Positions 28,340 to 39,943 of a stretch of 64,000 bases of DNA are shown here, one piece after another. The notes under the pieces were generated by a model. That model was not told where the DNA came from, did not search any database, and saw only the letters and a list, made by a program, of their open reading frames with translations. This stretch comes from Fibrobacteria bacterium. Lineage in GTDB: Bacteria; Fibrobacterota; Fibrobacteria; UBA11236; JADFYW01. Position 1 is the stretch's first letter. Every line of letters starts with the position of its first letter. The position numbers and the translations under genes are program-made. The stretch lies in the NCBI GenBank assembly GCA_050294405.1, contig JBNKOC010000027.1:32001-96000 (forward strand). Reading direction: 5' to 3'.

Positions 28340-29092
28340 TTAAGCCGCCTCAATAATACCTATAAAGCTATCTGCTTTCAAGGCAGCTCCACCAATGAGC
28401 CCCCCATCCACATCAGGTTGGGCGAGCAATTCTCCCGCATTTTCGGGTTTCATGCTGCCGCCGTATTGGATGCGCACTTTTTCGGCCAAATCTGCAGAAT
28501 ACATTTCCGCCAAAAGGGAACGGATAAATTTGTGCACTTCCTGAGCCTGAGCTGAAGTGGCTGTTTTTCCGGTGCCGATAGCCCAAACCGGCTCGTAGGC
28601 AATAATGGTTTTTTCGGCATCTTCAGCAGACAGACCAGCGTACGCTCCTCGAACATGATCTTCCACTACAGCTTCGGTATTATTGGATTCTCTTTCTTCC
28701 AGAGTTTCACCTACGCAAATGATGGGGGTAAGGCCTACTTCTAAAACCTTCTTGGTTTTTTTATTTACCCCTTCATTGCTTTCGTGGAAGTAAGTTCGCT
28801 GTTCTGAATGACCTAAAATAACATATTCCACTCCGGCATCTTTTAACATGGAAACAGAAACTTTTCCTGTGTATGCGCCATTGTCTTCAAAATGGCAATC
28901 CTGCGCGCCCAGTTTAACAGCTGTTCCTTTAATTGCTTCCCCTACTTTGGTAATGGATAAATAAGGAGGGCAAACCACCGCTTCTACTTTATCGTTTCCT
29001 GAAAATTTTTCAGCTACGGCTTTTGCCAAAGCCACCCCATCTTCCAGATGGGTATTCATTTTCCAGTTTCCCGCTACAACATATTTTCTCAT
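28340..29092 (-). CDS. tpiA: Triosephosphate isomerase
   Basis: AGNWKMN, GHSEQR, AYEPVWAIGTG, YGGS, GGLIGGAAL. Confidence 0.98.
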   Translation of the reverse strand: MRKYVVAGNWKMNTHLEDGVALAKAVAEKFSGNDKVEAVVCPPYLSITKVGEAIKGTAVKLGAQDCHFEDNGAYTGKVSVSMLKDAGVEYVILGHSEQRTYFHESNEGVNKKTKKVLEVGLTPIICVGETLEERESNNTEAVVEDHVRGAYAGLSAEDAEKTIIAYEPVWAIGTGKTATSAQAQEVHKFIRSLLAEMYSADLAEKVRIQYGGSMKPENAGELLAQPDVDGGLIGGAALKADSFIGIIEAA

Positions 29093-29107
29093 TCAAATCT
29101 CCTTTAA

Positions 29108-30319
29108 TCAGGCTACAGCGCCTTTGGCATCAGAAAGAGCCGCCACTCCGGGCAAAACTTTTCCTTCTAAAAATTCCAGGGAAGCTCCCCCACCAGTACT
29201 AACATGGGTCACTTTTTTATCAAGGCCCGCCATTTTAATGGCTGAAGCAGAATCACCGCCGCCAATAATTGTTGTGGCTCCATTTGCAGTGGCTTCGGCC
29301 AAAGCCTTGGCTACACTGAAAGTCCCGCTGGAAGCAGCTTCAACTTCAAAAACTCCCATGGGGCCGTTCCAAAGCACAGTTTTCGCCTTGGTAATAATAT
29401 CGGAAAAAAGTTTTTCAGACTCAGGACCAATATCCACAGATTCGGTGCTGGCAGGAATACCATCTAAAGCAACAGTTCTAACAGGGTCCATGGTTCTGGC
29501 CCCAAAGTCAAAGTTATCCGTAACTCTTAAATCAATGGGCAACTGCAGCTTATCTCCGGCCCTATCCATTAAGGCCTTGGCCAACTCCATTTTGTCATCT
29601 TCACAAAGGGATTTTCCGATTTCGTAGCCTTTGGCCTTTAAAAAAGTATATGTCATACCTCCGCCTACAATCAGCTTATCCACTCTTTCCAGCAAGGCTT
29701 CAATAACATCAATTTTGCCGGAAATTTTTGCTCCGCCAATAATCGCCACAAAGGGGCGTCCGGGATTTTCCAGGGCATTTCCTAAAAAGTCCAATTCTTT
29801 TTTCATCAAGTAGCCGCTGGCTTTTTCTTCAAATTTGTGGGTTATGCCTTCGGTGGAAGCATGGGCTCTGTGGGCTGTTCCAAAAGCATCGTTAACATAA
29901 ACTTCCGCAAGTTCGGCTAACTGACCGGCAAAAGCGGAATCATTGGCTTCTTCTTCAGCATGAAAACGCAAATTTTCCAATAGCAAAACTTCCCCTTCCT
30001 GAAGGGCGTTAGCAGCCGCTTTTGCCTTAGCTCCAACACATTCATCCACATACTTAACTGGAGAGCCCAATAGAGCTTCAAGGGCTTTGGCCACAGGAGC
30101 CATTCTCATGGAATCCACAACCTGTCCTTTCGGACGCCCTAAATGAGACATCAAAATAATTTTGGCGCCTTGTTTTTGCATGTATTGGATAGTAGGTAAG
30201 GAAGCGCGCAAACGCTTGTCGCTTTCCACAACACCGTCTTTTAAGGGCACGTTAAAATCAACGCGGGTGATTACCTTTTTGCCTTTAAGCTCAATATCTT
30301 CAATAAAAAGTTTTGCCAT
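29108..30319 (-). CDS. pgk: Phosphoglycerate kinase
   Basis: RVDFNVP, SHLGRPKG, NDAFGTAHRAHAS, WNGPMGVFE, STGGGASLE. Confidence 0.98.
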   Translation of the reverse strand: MAKLFIEDIELKGKKVITRVDFNVPLKDGVVESDKRLRASLPTIQYMQKQGAKIILMSHLGRPKGQVVDSMRMAPVAKALEALLGSPVKYVDECVGAKAKAAANALQEGEVLLLENLRFHAEEEANDSAFAGQLAELAEVYVNDAFGTAHRAHASTEGITHKFEEKASGYLMKKELDFLGNALENPGRPFVAIIGGAKISGKIDVIEALLERVDKLIVGGGMTYTFLKAKGYEIGKSLCEDDKMELAKALMDRAGDKLQLPIDLRVTDNFDFGARTMDPVRTVALDGIPASTESVDIGPESEKLFSDIITKAKTVLWNGPMGVFEVEAASSGTFSVAKALAEATANGATTIIGGGDSASAIKMAGLDKKVTHVSTGGGASLEFLEGKVLPGVAALSDAKGAVA

Positions 30320-30345
30320 ATTTTTTTCCTTTTACCTTAGCCATT

Positions 30346-30370
30346 AAAAAAGGCGCCCGAGGCGCCTTTT
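30346..30370 (-). terminator. Intrinsic terminator-like hairpin between gap and pgk
   Basis: AAAAGGCGCC-CGA-GGCGCCTTTT with an A6 run (U-tract on the minus strand). Confidence 0.7.
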
Positions 30371-30380
30371 CTTTTTAAAA

Positions 30381-31397
<1,017 letters not shown>

Positions 31398-31542
31398 TCA
31401 ATTTTTTTAAAAAATCAAAGTAAATTAGTGGGCAAATATAATAAGATGGAGAGTACACCGGCAAGCTATCTGCCCGGCTAAATTCTCTTATTGAGTAAGC
31501 TTTTTTATTTTTTATGGATAAGGTTTCAAAAAAAAGATAGAT

Positions 31543-34500
31543 ATGCTGCATATTTTAAAAAGTTCTGGTTTTTGTCTTTCTCTGAGCTTGTTGGCTCTGG
31601 CGCTTTATTCAGGCTGCGCTTCCGGGAAATCGGGCGCTAAAGTTTCAAAAAAATCAGATGTCCAAGTCGATTCCCCTGAAAGTAATTTTGTCAATTACTA
31701 CTTCATATCCGATAGCAATTTGGCTTTGGAAGCCGCAGATACTGTATGGCAAATCCCAGAGGGTTCCCAACTTATGGATAAAACCTGTTTTTCTTTGGGA
31801 GTATGCCTCAATAACAATACAGACAGTTGGGTGGCTGTTCCCAATGAAGAATCAGACCAGGGCATCCCTCAATTTACAGCTGTATCCAGAAAAAATCCCA
31901 ACATGCGGCTCCGGGTATTTGATTTTACACTTGCAGAAAATTTTACCAAAGCCTCAGACTCCAATGAAAAGTACCCGCTTGACTCTTTATTCTCCTATCT
32001 ATTTAAGATAAAAAAGGCAAACAACACACAGTTCGAAGTCAAAGAATTGCCAAAATCCTTGTTAACTAGCTCTTACTCATCCACTTTGGATAGCAGCGCC
32101 CATTGGTATCTGGAAATAAAAAGCGCAACTCAAAGACATATATTGTTTCTGGATGCCAAATCGGCAAAAGAAAGCTCACTCCAGGAAAAAATCAGCCTAC
32201 AATACGACTCAGCAAAAGTAAGCAGTTCCAATACGGAAGACTCCAAATTATTTAATGCTGTATTACTAAATACCAAGGGGCTGTTTTATGTAGCTGACTC
32301 GAATTACCAACAGGCCCTTAAATATTTTAAAATAGCCACGGCAGCCAACCCCCATAACACTAAGTTTGCCATAAATAATGTGGCCATGTATCAGGCTCTG
32401 GGACAGGCTCATGTCGGGGTGGAGTTTTTGGAAACCAGAAAGCCTATGGTAGAGAAATCCTCTCAGCTTATGGGAATATTAGGCTCCCTTTACGAAGAAC
32501 TCAGCCAATATAGCGAAGCCAAACATTGGGCGGAAATGGCTCTACAAAAAGATCCGGGAAATGTGGAATGGTTAATCAACCTATCCGATGCTCTTTGGCA
32601 ACTTGGAGAAAAAGTCCAGTCTCGAAATATATTATATCACCAATACAAACATCGCCCCAGTTTTCGTTTATCTGTTTACTTAGCTCAAACTCATTTGGGC
32701 CTGGAGGAATTTCAAAACGCATACAGAATTTTAAGCGAAGCGCACAAAAGCCATAAGCCCAGCCAAAAATCCATGGAATACTTTCTCATGGCCCTAAACG
32801 GGCTTAAAATGTATGGCAAGGTTTTATCCAATTTTGGGGAAGGGAAAAAATATTTTAAACCCTCTGCCAGAATGTGGGTTGAAAAAGCCACTGCGGAATT
32901 CCATCTCAAATATTATATCCTGGCGGAGTATAGCTCTAAAAAGGCTCTGGACCTGGACCCCCATGATGACAGGGCCAAGGATTTAGCCACCCGCATTAAC
33001 ACCATTCTGGGGACTAAAACAAATTTACTGATAAAACAGCCTTTGCCCAGTTTGATATCCGCCCGAAGTAAGCAGGAAATATCCGATATTTTTCACCAAT
33101 CCCTATCCACAGGCTGGCTCGAAAGCGGTGTTCCCATATACATGGTGGAACGCAAGGAAATGATGGAATGGGAACCCAATTCAAATTGGCATAAATCCAC
33201 CCGTTTCCTTTATTTCGTGCCCGCGCGCAACGGCAGATCCCACTTTAAAGAGCTTACTTTTGATTTGAACTCCAACCATTCTAAAATGCATGTGAATAGC
33301 TACCTGGCCTTGGACACTAATTTGGAAAAAATATCCAGCGTCAATTCCAAAGATTTTTACATCACTAAAAACCACAACACCAGGGTCCATCCCGAAAACC
33401 TGTTAATACACATCCCTCTTCCCGAATATGAAGGCCCCTTTTTCCTACAAGTGATTGTAACGGAAATTTCAGCCTATAAATCCGAGGAGTTTCCCTATTC
33501 CAGATATACCACAAAAAACGCTTTGCCCTTTTTCAAAAACAGCCTGGAAATCCATACCAAATCCAAAAACCTTAACATACATCACTTTGGCAAAGCCAGT
33601 TTGAGCGAAGAAAATTATGGTTTTAGACTGGAACTGGCGCCCAATGGTATTTGGGGAGCCGAGAAATTTTCGCCCTCCTTTGAGGAATATGGCACAGGCT
33701 ATTCCATTGCCCCGCAAAAAACCTGGAGCCAGGTGGGCGAAGAATACCAAGCCTATTTAAAACAAAAAGGTATAAACATCGACAGCATTCCCTTTGCCAT
33801 AAAAGAGCAGGCCATTGAAGTTTTAAACAATTACAAGGACGTGAGTTCACCAATCCACGCCATGTACAAATATGTGCGCGATGAAATAGCCTACAATAAT
33901 TTTGAGTTTGGCCTCCATGCTTTAATTCCCGAAAATTCTGTAGATGTTAACATTAAAAAATACAGCGATTGCAAGGGCCACGCCTACCTGTTGGCTCAAC
34001 TGCTACGGGCGGCAAATATCAAAGCTAATTTAGCCCTAATTAGTTTGGAGCACGAAGGCCTTCCCAACCAGCCAAGCCTCCACCAATTTAATCACATGAT
34101 AGTGCACGTGCCCGGTCCGGGCAAAAATGCGGATTATTTTTTAGACCCCACAGAAAAATACCAGCCCTTTCGCCAGGTTCCTGTGAATTTACAGGGCAAA
34201 AACGCCCTTATTCTCGATGGAGGAAACCATCGGCTGGTAACATTGCCGGAAATTGTGGACAGCCTGGAGCACATTGTAGAGATCAAACATCATTTAACAT
34301 TGCATAAAGATTCCAAAATTTCCGGTTTGGATTCCATTATCCTCAGGGGAAAAATAGCAGCTGAATTTCGGGAGCAAATTTCTCAATGGGAAAAAATCGG
34401 AAAAATGGAAACCCTTATTTCCTGGATTACTGAGGGCTACGATGGTTACTGGAACGGGGAACTCAGTATCAAACAGGAAAAAGAAATGGACAAACCCTTG

Positions 34501-34896
34501 GTTCTCATGTTTAAATACAAACAATATCTGGACCCTGTTAAGTACCAGAACATTTTAAACGTGCAGCCTCAGTTGGAGTGGAGCTTTTTGCGTTATCCCA
34601 ATTCTGATTTCAGGCAAACGCCAATTTATTTCCCCTTTGAAATTAAAGTACATGCCGAATGGTATTATCATGTGGCCGGAAATGAAACTCTGGATACTAA
34701 CATTAGAATTGAAAAGGAAGTGGAGCACAATTTAAGTTGGCAACGGCTTCCGGTGGAAAAAGCGCCCAACTTTCTACATCTAAAACAAGAGTGGACGCTC
34801 GAACCTTTCCTGGCTCAAGCCCACGAGTACAAAACCATTAAATCAAACTGGGATAAGCTTTTGAAAAAAGGCGTTTTTCAGGTTAAGCTAAATTAA
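31543..34896 (+). CDS. Lipoprotein with TPR repeats and a DUF3857/transglutaminase-like domain
   Basis: Lipobox-like LYSGC; TPRs at ~aa 240-485; putative triad SDCKG / FNHMI / FLDPT. Confidence 0.78.
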   Translation: MLHILKSSGFCLSLSLLALALYSGCASGKSGAKVSKKSDVQVDSPESNFVNYYFISDSNLALEAADTVWQIPEGSQLMDKTCFSLGVCLNNNTDSWVAVPNEESDQGIPQFTAVSRKNPNMRLRVFDFTLAENFTKASDSNEKYPLDSLFSYLFKIKKANNTQFEVKELPKSLLTSSYSSTLDSSAHWYLEIKSATQRHILFLDAKSAKESSLQEKISLQYDSAKVSSSNTEDSKLFNAVLLNTKGLFYVADSNYQQALKYFKIATAANPHNTKFAINNVAMYQALGQAHVGVEFLETRKPMVEKSSQLMGILGSLYEELSQYSEAKHWAEMALQKDPGNVEWLINLSDALWQLGEKVQSRNILYHQYKHRPSFRLSVYLAQTHLGLEEFQNAYRILSEAHKSHKPSQKSMEYFLMALNGLKMYGKVLSNFGEGKKYFKPSARMWVEKATAEFHLKYYILAEYSSKKALDLDPHDDRAKDLATRINTILGTKTNLLIKQPLPSLISARSKQEISDIFHQSLSTGWLESGVPIYMVERKEMMEWEPNSNWHKSTRFLYFVPARNGRSHFKELTFDLNSNHSKMHVNSYLALDTNLEKISSVNSKDFYITKNHNTRVHPENLLIHIPLPEYEGPFFLQVIVTEISAYKSEEFPYSRYTTKNALPFFKNSLEIHTKSKNLNIHHFGKASLSEENYGFRLELAPNGIWGAEKFSPSFEEYGTGYSIAPQKTWSQVGEEYQAYLKQKGINIDSIPFAIKEQAIEVLNNYKDVSSPIHAMYKYVRDEIAYNNFEFGLHALIPENSVDVNIKKYSDCKGHAYLLAQLLRAANIKANLALISLEHEGLPNQPSLHQFNHMIVHVPGPGKNADYFLDPTEKYQPFRQVPVNLQGKNALILDGGNHRLVTLPEIVDSLEHIVEIKHHLTLHKDSKISGLDSIILRGKIAAEFREQISQWEKIGKMETLISWITEGYDGYWNGELSIKQEKEMDKPLVLMFKYKQYLDPVKYQNILNVQPQLEWSFLRYPNSDFRQTPIYFPFEIKVHAEWYYHVAGNETLDTNIRIEKEVEHNLSWQRLPVEKAPNFLHLKQEWTLEPFLAQAHEYKTIKSNWDKLLKKGVFQVKLN

Positions 34897-36539
34897 GGGT
34901 TCAAAACAAATTTAAACTGTTGGTAAATTTCCCCTGGAATTTTAAGCTGCCCAAAATAAACACCCGCTCTATTTATTTCTTTTGAGCCTAAATCCCACCG
35001 GGATTGGCCATTGATAACATTTAAGCGTTTAACTTTTTGACCTAGGATATTGTATAGTTCTAACACCCCCTTTTCCCCTCTTTCAAATTTAAAAGCCACT
35101 TTACGGGAATCAGAAATAATCTGGATATTTTTGTCCTGCAATTGAGACGCTTTCAAATCAATGATTTCTTCTTCTTCTGTAATAACCACTCCTACAATTT
35201 GCGTGTTATAATTCTGGTAGCTGGTATATCTGCCTCGCATCCAAAGCACAGCGGTATTAGTACTATCCCAAATAGGGGACATGGGACGGATATTATCAGA
35301 GCGGGAGTTTTCTGTTAAGGGAGTCCAGCTAAAAGTTTGCCCACTGTCTTTGGATACTCCCATAAAAATCTCGTAATGAACCTGATTATCCCCTTCACTT
35401 ACCAGAAGCTCCCCGGTTTCGGGATTCACATCAACAGAAATAAACACGCGAAAAGGGTTATTGGGATCCAGAAAAATATTTCCCGAATAATCATCTTCCC
35501 CGGAGTATAAACGAGTTCCTCCGTAGGCAATCTCATTGTCATGCCATCGTTCACCGTCAAAACGGGCATAGTGGTAACGAATATCATCCCCACCCTGCCC
35601 CGTGGGAAGCCCGGCGCTGCCTACCTGAACGGTAAAGGTTATGTAGGGGTTTTCATTGGAATCCAGATGTATGTCACTGGTCCAGGCCACATTATCTGCA
35701 TTTCCGGAATAAATTTTGGTGAAAGCATTGGGGTCGGGACCGTCTTCATCCCAGAAGTTATTATCAATTACATCCCCAAAGCTGTTGTATGTTTTGCCGC
35801 CTTTTAAATAGCCGTGGTACACGCTATTGTTGAAATCACGGGGATGGTGCTCGGTGGTAATAAAATGAATCACATCTTTGTTATTAGAGGCATAACGCAC
35901 ATAGGGCCTGCCGTAATGCACTACCAGGCGCCCCCCATATTTCCAGGACTGCCCCTCATTATCCGACACAAAGGCATTGGGATTCCAGCCACGGCCTCTG
36001 TGAAAATTGTAAATGCGCCCATTGCCGTTATTTTCAGCTGCCAGGTGAAATACATTGCTATAGGTGTTTTCGCCTCCCACATCCAGGGACTGGGGGTTAG
36101 ACCAAACCGCACTATTCCCGGAATCGGAGAAAGCCCAGAACATGTTGTTGTCGTAATTGTGGCCTGCAAACACGCACAAATAGCGTCCATCCTGGAGTGA
36201 CAACAAAGCGCCTTGATCATGGTCATCGCCGCCGTGAGGACCAGGAGCAATTCCCACCGTAACCGTTTCGGAACTTTTAGAGTTTAAGTTATATGTACTC
36301 ACTCTTACATGTTTAGCCAGGGATTGCCCCCCAGGCCCCGCAGAGTTAGCCACAGAGCTCACTATTATTTTTTCGTCGTGAACAATAATGCCCTCTGAAT
36401 TAAACCAGCTCCAGCCCCCATTATCCGTAAAAACAATTTCCTCAGAAATTTTCTGAATGATTTCCTGGTTCCAGCTAAAAGAAGCCAGTAATACAACTCC
36501 AACAGTTGCCATTTTAAAATGCCTGGGCCCAATGCGCAT
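34893..36539 (-). CDS. Secreted BNR-4 repeat (sialidase/lyase-like propeller) protein with a T9SS-like C-terminal domain
   Basis: GGWSWF, DDHD, TYSN, SDNEGQSW, RPYVRY, SKDSGQTF; tail LYNILGQKV...GVYF. Confidence 0.8.
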   Translation of the reverse strand: MRIGPRHFKMATVGVVLLASFSWNQEIIQKISEEIVFTDNGGWSWFNSEGIIVHDEKIIVSSVANSAGPGGQSLAKHVRVSTYNLNSKSSETVTVGIAPGPHGGDDHDQGALLSLQDGRYLCVFAGHNYDNNMFWAFSDSGNSAVWSNPQSLDVGGENTYSNVFHLAAENNGNGRIYNFHRGRGWNPNAFVSDNEGQSWKYGGRLVVHYGRPYVRYASNNKDVIHFITTEHHPRDFNNSVYHGYLKGGKTYNSFGDVIDNNFWDEDGPDPNAFTKIYSGNADNVAWTSDIHLDSNENPYITFTVQVGSAGLPTGQGGDDIRYHYARFDGERWHDNEIAYGGTRLYSGEDDYSGNIFLDPNNPFRVFISVDVNPETGELLVSEGDNQVHYEIFMGVSKDSGQTFSWTPLTENSRSDNIRPMSPIWDSTNTAVLWMRGRYTSYQNYNTQIVGVVITEEEEIIDLKASQLQDKNIQIISDSRKVAFKFERGEKGVLELYNILGQKVKRLNVINGQSRWDLGSKEINRAGVYFGQLKIPGEIYQQFKFVLNP

Positions 36540-36903
36540 AAGTTCCCCTCTTTAAATTTTCACATCCCATTTCCAGACGCCCAGGATCTGAAACCTGTCC
36601 CATAAACTTAAACTCAAAAAGAAATTTTGAGTCAAAAAAAAGTCTTATAAAATAAATTTTCACTAATTTTATACTGTTAACAGTATATTTTAAATTAACT
36701 TTGGAAACATCAAGTGTTTGTTTTCCACATTTCCGGGTTTTAAAATATTTCGCCCGGAGCAAAAAAATAGCCCCCAATATAATTTCCCTGACTTTGCGTG
36801 CTGGACAGTCCCGTATTTTTCACAAAGGAAGATAAAAACCCAGGGGACTATTTGGACAGCCGGTACACATTCAACCCAAAACAAATTTTATTAGATTGCC
36901 AAT

Positions 36904-38694
36904 ATGAAAAATAAACTAGCTGTAATTGATTTTGGCGGCCAATACGCCCATTTAATTGCCAATAGGGTAAGGCGTTTGGGAGTTTATGCCGAAGTGTTGC
37001 CATCTTATGCCAGCTTGGAAGAGCTGGAGCCCTTTAAGGCAGTTATTTTATCCGGTGGCCCGGCTTCGGTATATAGCCCCGATGCCCCGGAATTTAATCC
37101 GGAACTGCTCAAAACAAAGGTTCCCGTTTTGGGCATATGTTATGGCCATCAATTGCTATGTATCCACTACGGCGGCAAAGTAGAGCAAAGCCCGCAAAGG
37201 GAATATGGCCCGGCTAAATTCAGCCCCCAGGGAGGTTCGCGTCTGCTTGAAGGTGTTTCCAGCCAAACCACTATGTGGATGAGCCACGGCGATGAGGTTC
37301 GTCACATTCCCGAGGACTTTCATGTTATTGGCCAAACATCGGCTTGTCCTTTTGCAGCTATTTCCAATTCTTCCAACACACGCTTTGGCATCCAGTTCCA
37401 CCCCGAGGTGACCCACTCCGTGGAAGGAAGCAAAGTGCTTGAAAATTTTCTCAATATTTGCGGACTTAGCAAAGACTGGGATATGGCCAGCTATCTGGAA
37501 AACTTAAAAGCCAGGTTAATAAAGCAATGCCAGGGAAAAAACGTCTTTTTGCTAGTGAGCGGCGGGGTCGATTCCACAGTGGCCTTTGGCCTTTTAAACA
37601 ATGTATTGGGTCCCGAGCGGGTCAAAGGGCTCCACATAGATAACGGCCTCATGCGCAAAGACGAAAGCCGCGAAATTATGGACTTTATGTCGGCCCAGGG
37701 CTTTGAAAATTTGATTTTCTGCGACGCTAAAAAAGATTTTTTGAATAAGCTTGAAGGCGTTTACGAACCCGAGGCCAAACGCAAAATTATCGGCGATACT
37801 TTTTTGGAAGTCCTGGATAATCAGGTGTCCGCATTAAGACTAGACCCCGAAAAATGGATTATGGCCCAAGGCACCACTTATCCCGATACTATCGAAAGCG
37901 GGGGCACCAAAAATTCCGCCACCATTAAAACCCACCATAACCGCGTGCCCAAAGCAGTGGAAATGCTGGAGAAAGGCCTTATTATTGAACCCCTGGCAGA
38001 GCTTTATAAAGATGAAGTTCGCGCGCTGGGAACTGAATTGGGCATCCCCGACCATTTAGTTTGGCGGCATCCATTTCCTGGACCTGGTTTAGGGGTTCGC
38101 TATTTATGCCTGGATGCTTTATCGGCTAAAGCCGCGGACAATTCACCGGCTGGTCTATCCTCCTATCTGAAAGAAAAAAACCTAAAGGGAAAAATGCTGC
38201 CCATTAAAAGCGTGGGCGTGCAAGGAGATGGAAGAACTTACGCCCATCCCTGTTTGTTATCTTCCGTCCCAAATTGGGAGGCTGTAAAGGATGTATCTAC
38301 AGAAATCACCAATCAATTTTCCGAGATAAACAGGGTGGTTTTGGAAATCGCCCATGCAGGCGATGGAGAATACATTGCCGTAGAACAGCAACTGGACGAA
38401 AACAAACTCCATTTTTTGCGGGAAGCCGACGCCCTTTGCACCGAGGCTTTATTTGCGAATAACCTGTATAAAGATATCTGGCAAATGCCTGTAGTGCTTT
38501 TGCCTCTGGAAATCGGAGGTAAACCTGTAGTGGTGATGCGCCCTATTCACAGCTCCGAGGCCATGACAGCCAATTATGCAGAAATTGATTTTGGCATATT
38601 AAACAATTTGTGGGAAAAACTAAAAGCCATTGGCACCGGGGCGCTTTTGTACGATATTACACATAAGCCTCCGGGAACCATAGAATGGGAATAA
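36904..38694 (+). CDS. guaA: GMP synthase (glutamine-hydrolysing)
   Basis: DFGGQY, LGICYGHQ, QFHPEV, SGGVDS, IKTHHN, HPFPGPGL, KPPGTIEWE. Confidence 0.98.
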   Translation: MKNKLAVIDFGGQYAHLIANRVRRLGVYAEVLPSYASLEELEPFKAVILSGGPASVYSPDAPEFNPELLKTKVPVLGICYGHQLLCIHYGGKVEQSPQREYGPAKFSPQGGSRLLEGVSSQTTMWMSHGDEVRHIPEDFHVIGQTSACPFAAISNSSNTRFGIQFHPEVTHSVEGSKVLENFLNICGLSKDWDMASYLENLKARLIKQCQGKNVFLLVSGGVDSTVAFGLLNNVLGPERVKGLHIDNGLMRKDESREIMDFMSAQGFENLIFCDAKKDFLNKLEGVYEPEAKRKIIGDTFLEVLDNQVSALRLDPEKWIMAQGTTYPDTIESGGTKNSATIKTHHNRVPKAVEMLEKGLIIEPLAELYKDEVRALGTELGIPDHLVWRHPFPGPGLGVRYLCLDALSAKAADNSPAGLSSYLKEKNLKGKMLPIKSVGVQGDGRTYAHPCLLSSVPNWEAVKDVSTEITNQFSEINRVVLEIAHAGDGEYIAVEQQLDENKLHFLREADALCTEALFANNLYKDIWQMPVVLLPLEIGGKPVVVMRPIHSSEAMTANYAEIDFGILNNLWEKLKAIGTGALLYDITHKPPGTIEWE

Positions 38695-38772
38695 AACAAA
38701 ATATTATTGGCCCCCTTTCCCTAAAAAATTTTAAATAAGGTATAGGGCAATTTTTTTGCCCGCAAAAATTGA

Positions 38773-39933
38773 ATGGAACCAAGACTTCACGAAACCGCTA
38801 AGAAAAAAGAAAAAGCTATGGTCGTTGGGGTAGCCACTAGAGGCACCTCTCCCCAAAAGGCTAAACTGCATTTGGAAGAATTGTCCCGACTGGTGGAAAC
38901 GGCCGGAGCCGATGTGGTAGAGCGCGTGATTCAAAATCGCCCCAGTATCGACCCTGGCACCTTAATTGGCTCAGGAAAGTTGCGGGAAATTGGAATTTGG
39001 GTTAAAGAGAATAACATCGACCTGGTAGCCTTTGACGAAGACCTTTCCCCTTCCCAGGCCAAAAAAATAGAAATGGAACTTGGCGTAAAAGTTCTGGATA
39101 GAAGCGGCATCATTCTTGATATATTTGCCCGTAATGCCCAAACTGCCGAATCTCGTATCCAGGTGGAAGTAGCTCAACTGGAATATTATTTGCCGCGCTT
39201 AACCCGAGCCTGGACCCACTTAAGCCGTCAGGTGGGCGGAATAGGAACCAGAGGTCCCGGTGAAACCCAGTTGGAAGTGGACAGACGTTTAGTGCGCGAC
39301 CGAATCAGCTTTCTGAAAAAAAAGTTAAAGAAAAACGAAGGCATATTAATAAGGCAGCACAAAAGAAGATATCCGGCCATGCATGTGGCTTTAGTGGGTT
39401 ACACCAATACAGGCAAATCCTCTTTGATGAATCTTTTGACCAATTCCGAAGTGCTAGTGGAAAACAAATTGTTTGCCACTTTAGATGCCACAACCCGCAA
39501 GCTGCCTTTGGGCAGACGGCAGGGGGCTGTGTTGTCGGATACCGTAGGTTTTATCCGCAAACTTCCCCACCATCTGGTCCAGAGCTTTAAAAGCACATTA
39601 AGCGTGGTAAGTGAAGCCTCTCTCATATTGCATTTGGTGGATGGCAGCGATCCGGATTTTCAATCCCACATGGAAGTAACAGGACAAGTATTGGAAGAAC
39701 TGGATACCGAACATATTCCCCGCATAACGGTTTTTAATAAAATCGATATGCTGGACCCCGAACACTTAAAAATTTTAAAGTCCAATTTTCCCGATGCCTT
39801 TTTTATTTCCGTTTACGAGAAAGAAGGTATCGAAGCTTTAAAAGCGAAAATTATCGATGTATTTGAAAGACACAAAGTGCTGCATCAAAAAGAAGTGAAC
39901 CGCCCGGCTAGCAAGGGCTGGTCCACCGCCTGA
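38773..39933 (+). CDS. hflX: GTPase HflX
   Basis: GPGETQLEVDRR, GYTNTGKS, LFATLD, DTVGFI, NKID. Confidence 0.97.
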   Translation: MEPRLHETAKKKEKAMVVGVATRGTSPQKAKLHLEELSRLVETAGADVVERVIQNRPSIDPGTLIGSGKLREIGIWVKENNIDLVAFDEDLSPSQAKKIEMELGVKVLDRSGIILDIFARNAQTAESRIQVEVAQLEYYLPRLTRAWTHLSRQVGGIGTRGPGETQLEVDRRLVRDRISFLKKKLKKNEGILIRQHKRRYPAMHVALVGYTNTGKSSLMNLLTNSEVLVENKLFATLDATTRKLPLGRRQGAVLSDTVGFIRKLPHHLVQSFKSTLSVVSEASLILHLVDGSDPDFQSHMEVTGQVLEELDTEHIPRITVFNKIDMLDPEHLKILKSNFPDAFFISVYEKEGIEALKAKIIDVFERHKVLHQKEVNRPASKGWSTA

Positions 39934-39943
39934 ACCAAAATTT

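Noticed and set aside
36540..36903. Possible purine riboswitch upstream of guaA
   Set aside because: Only a weak AGTCCC/GGGACT pairing; no TATAAT..ATGG / TTTCTACC / CCGTAAA core
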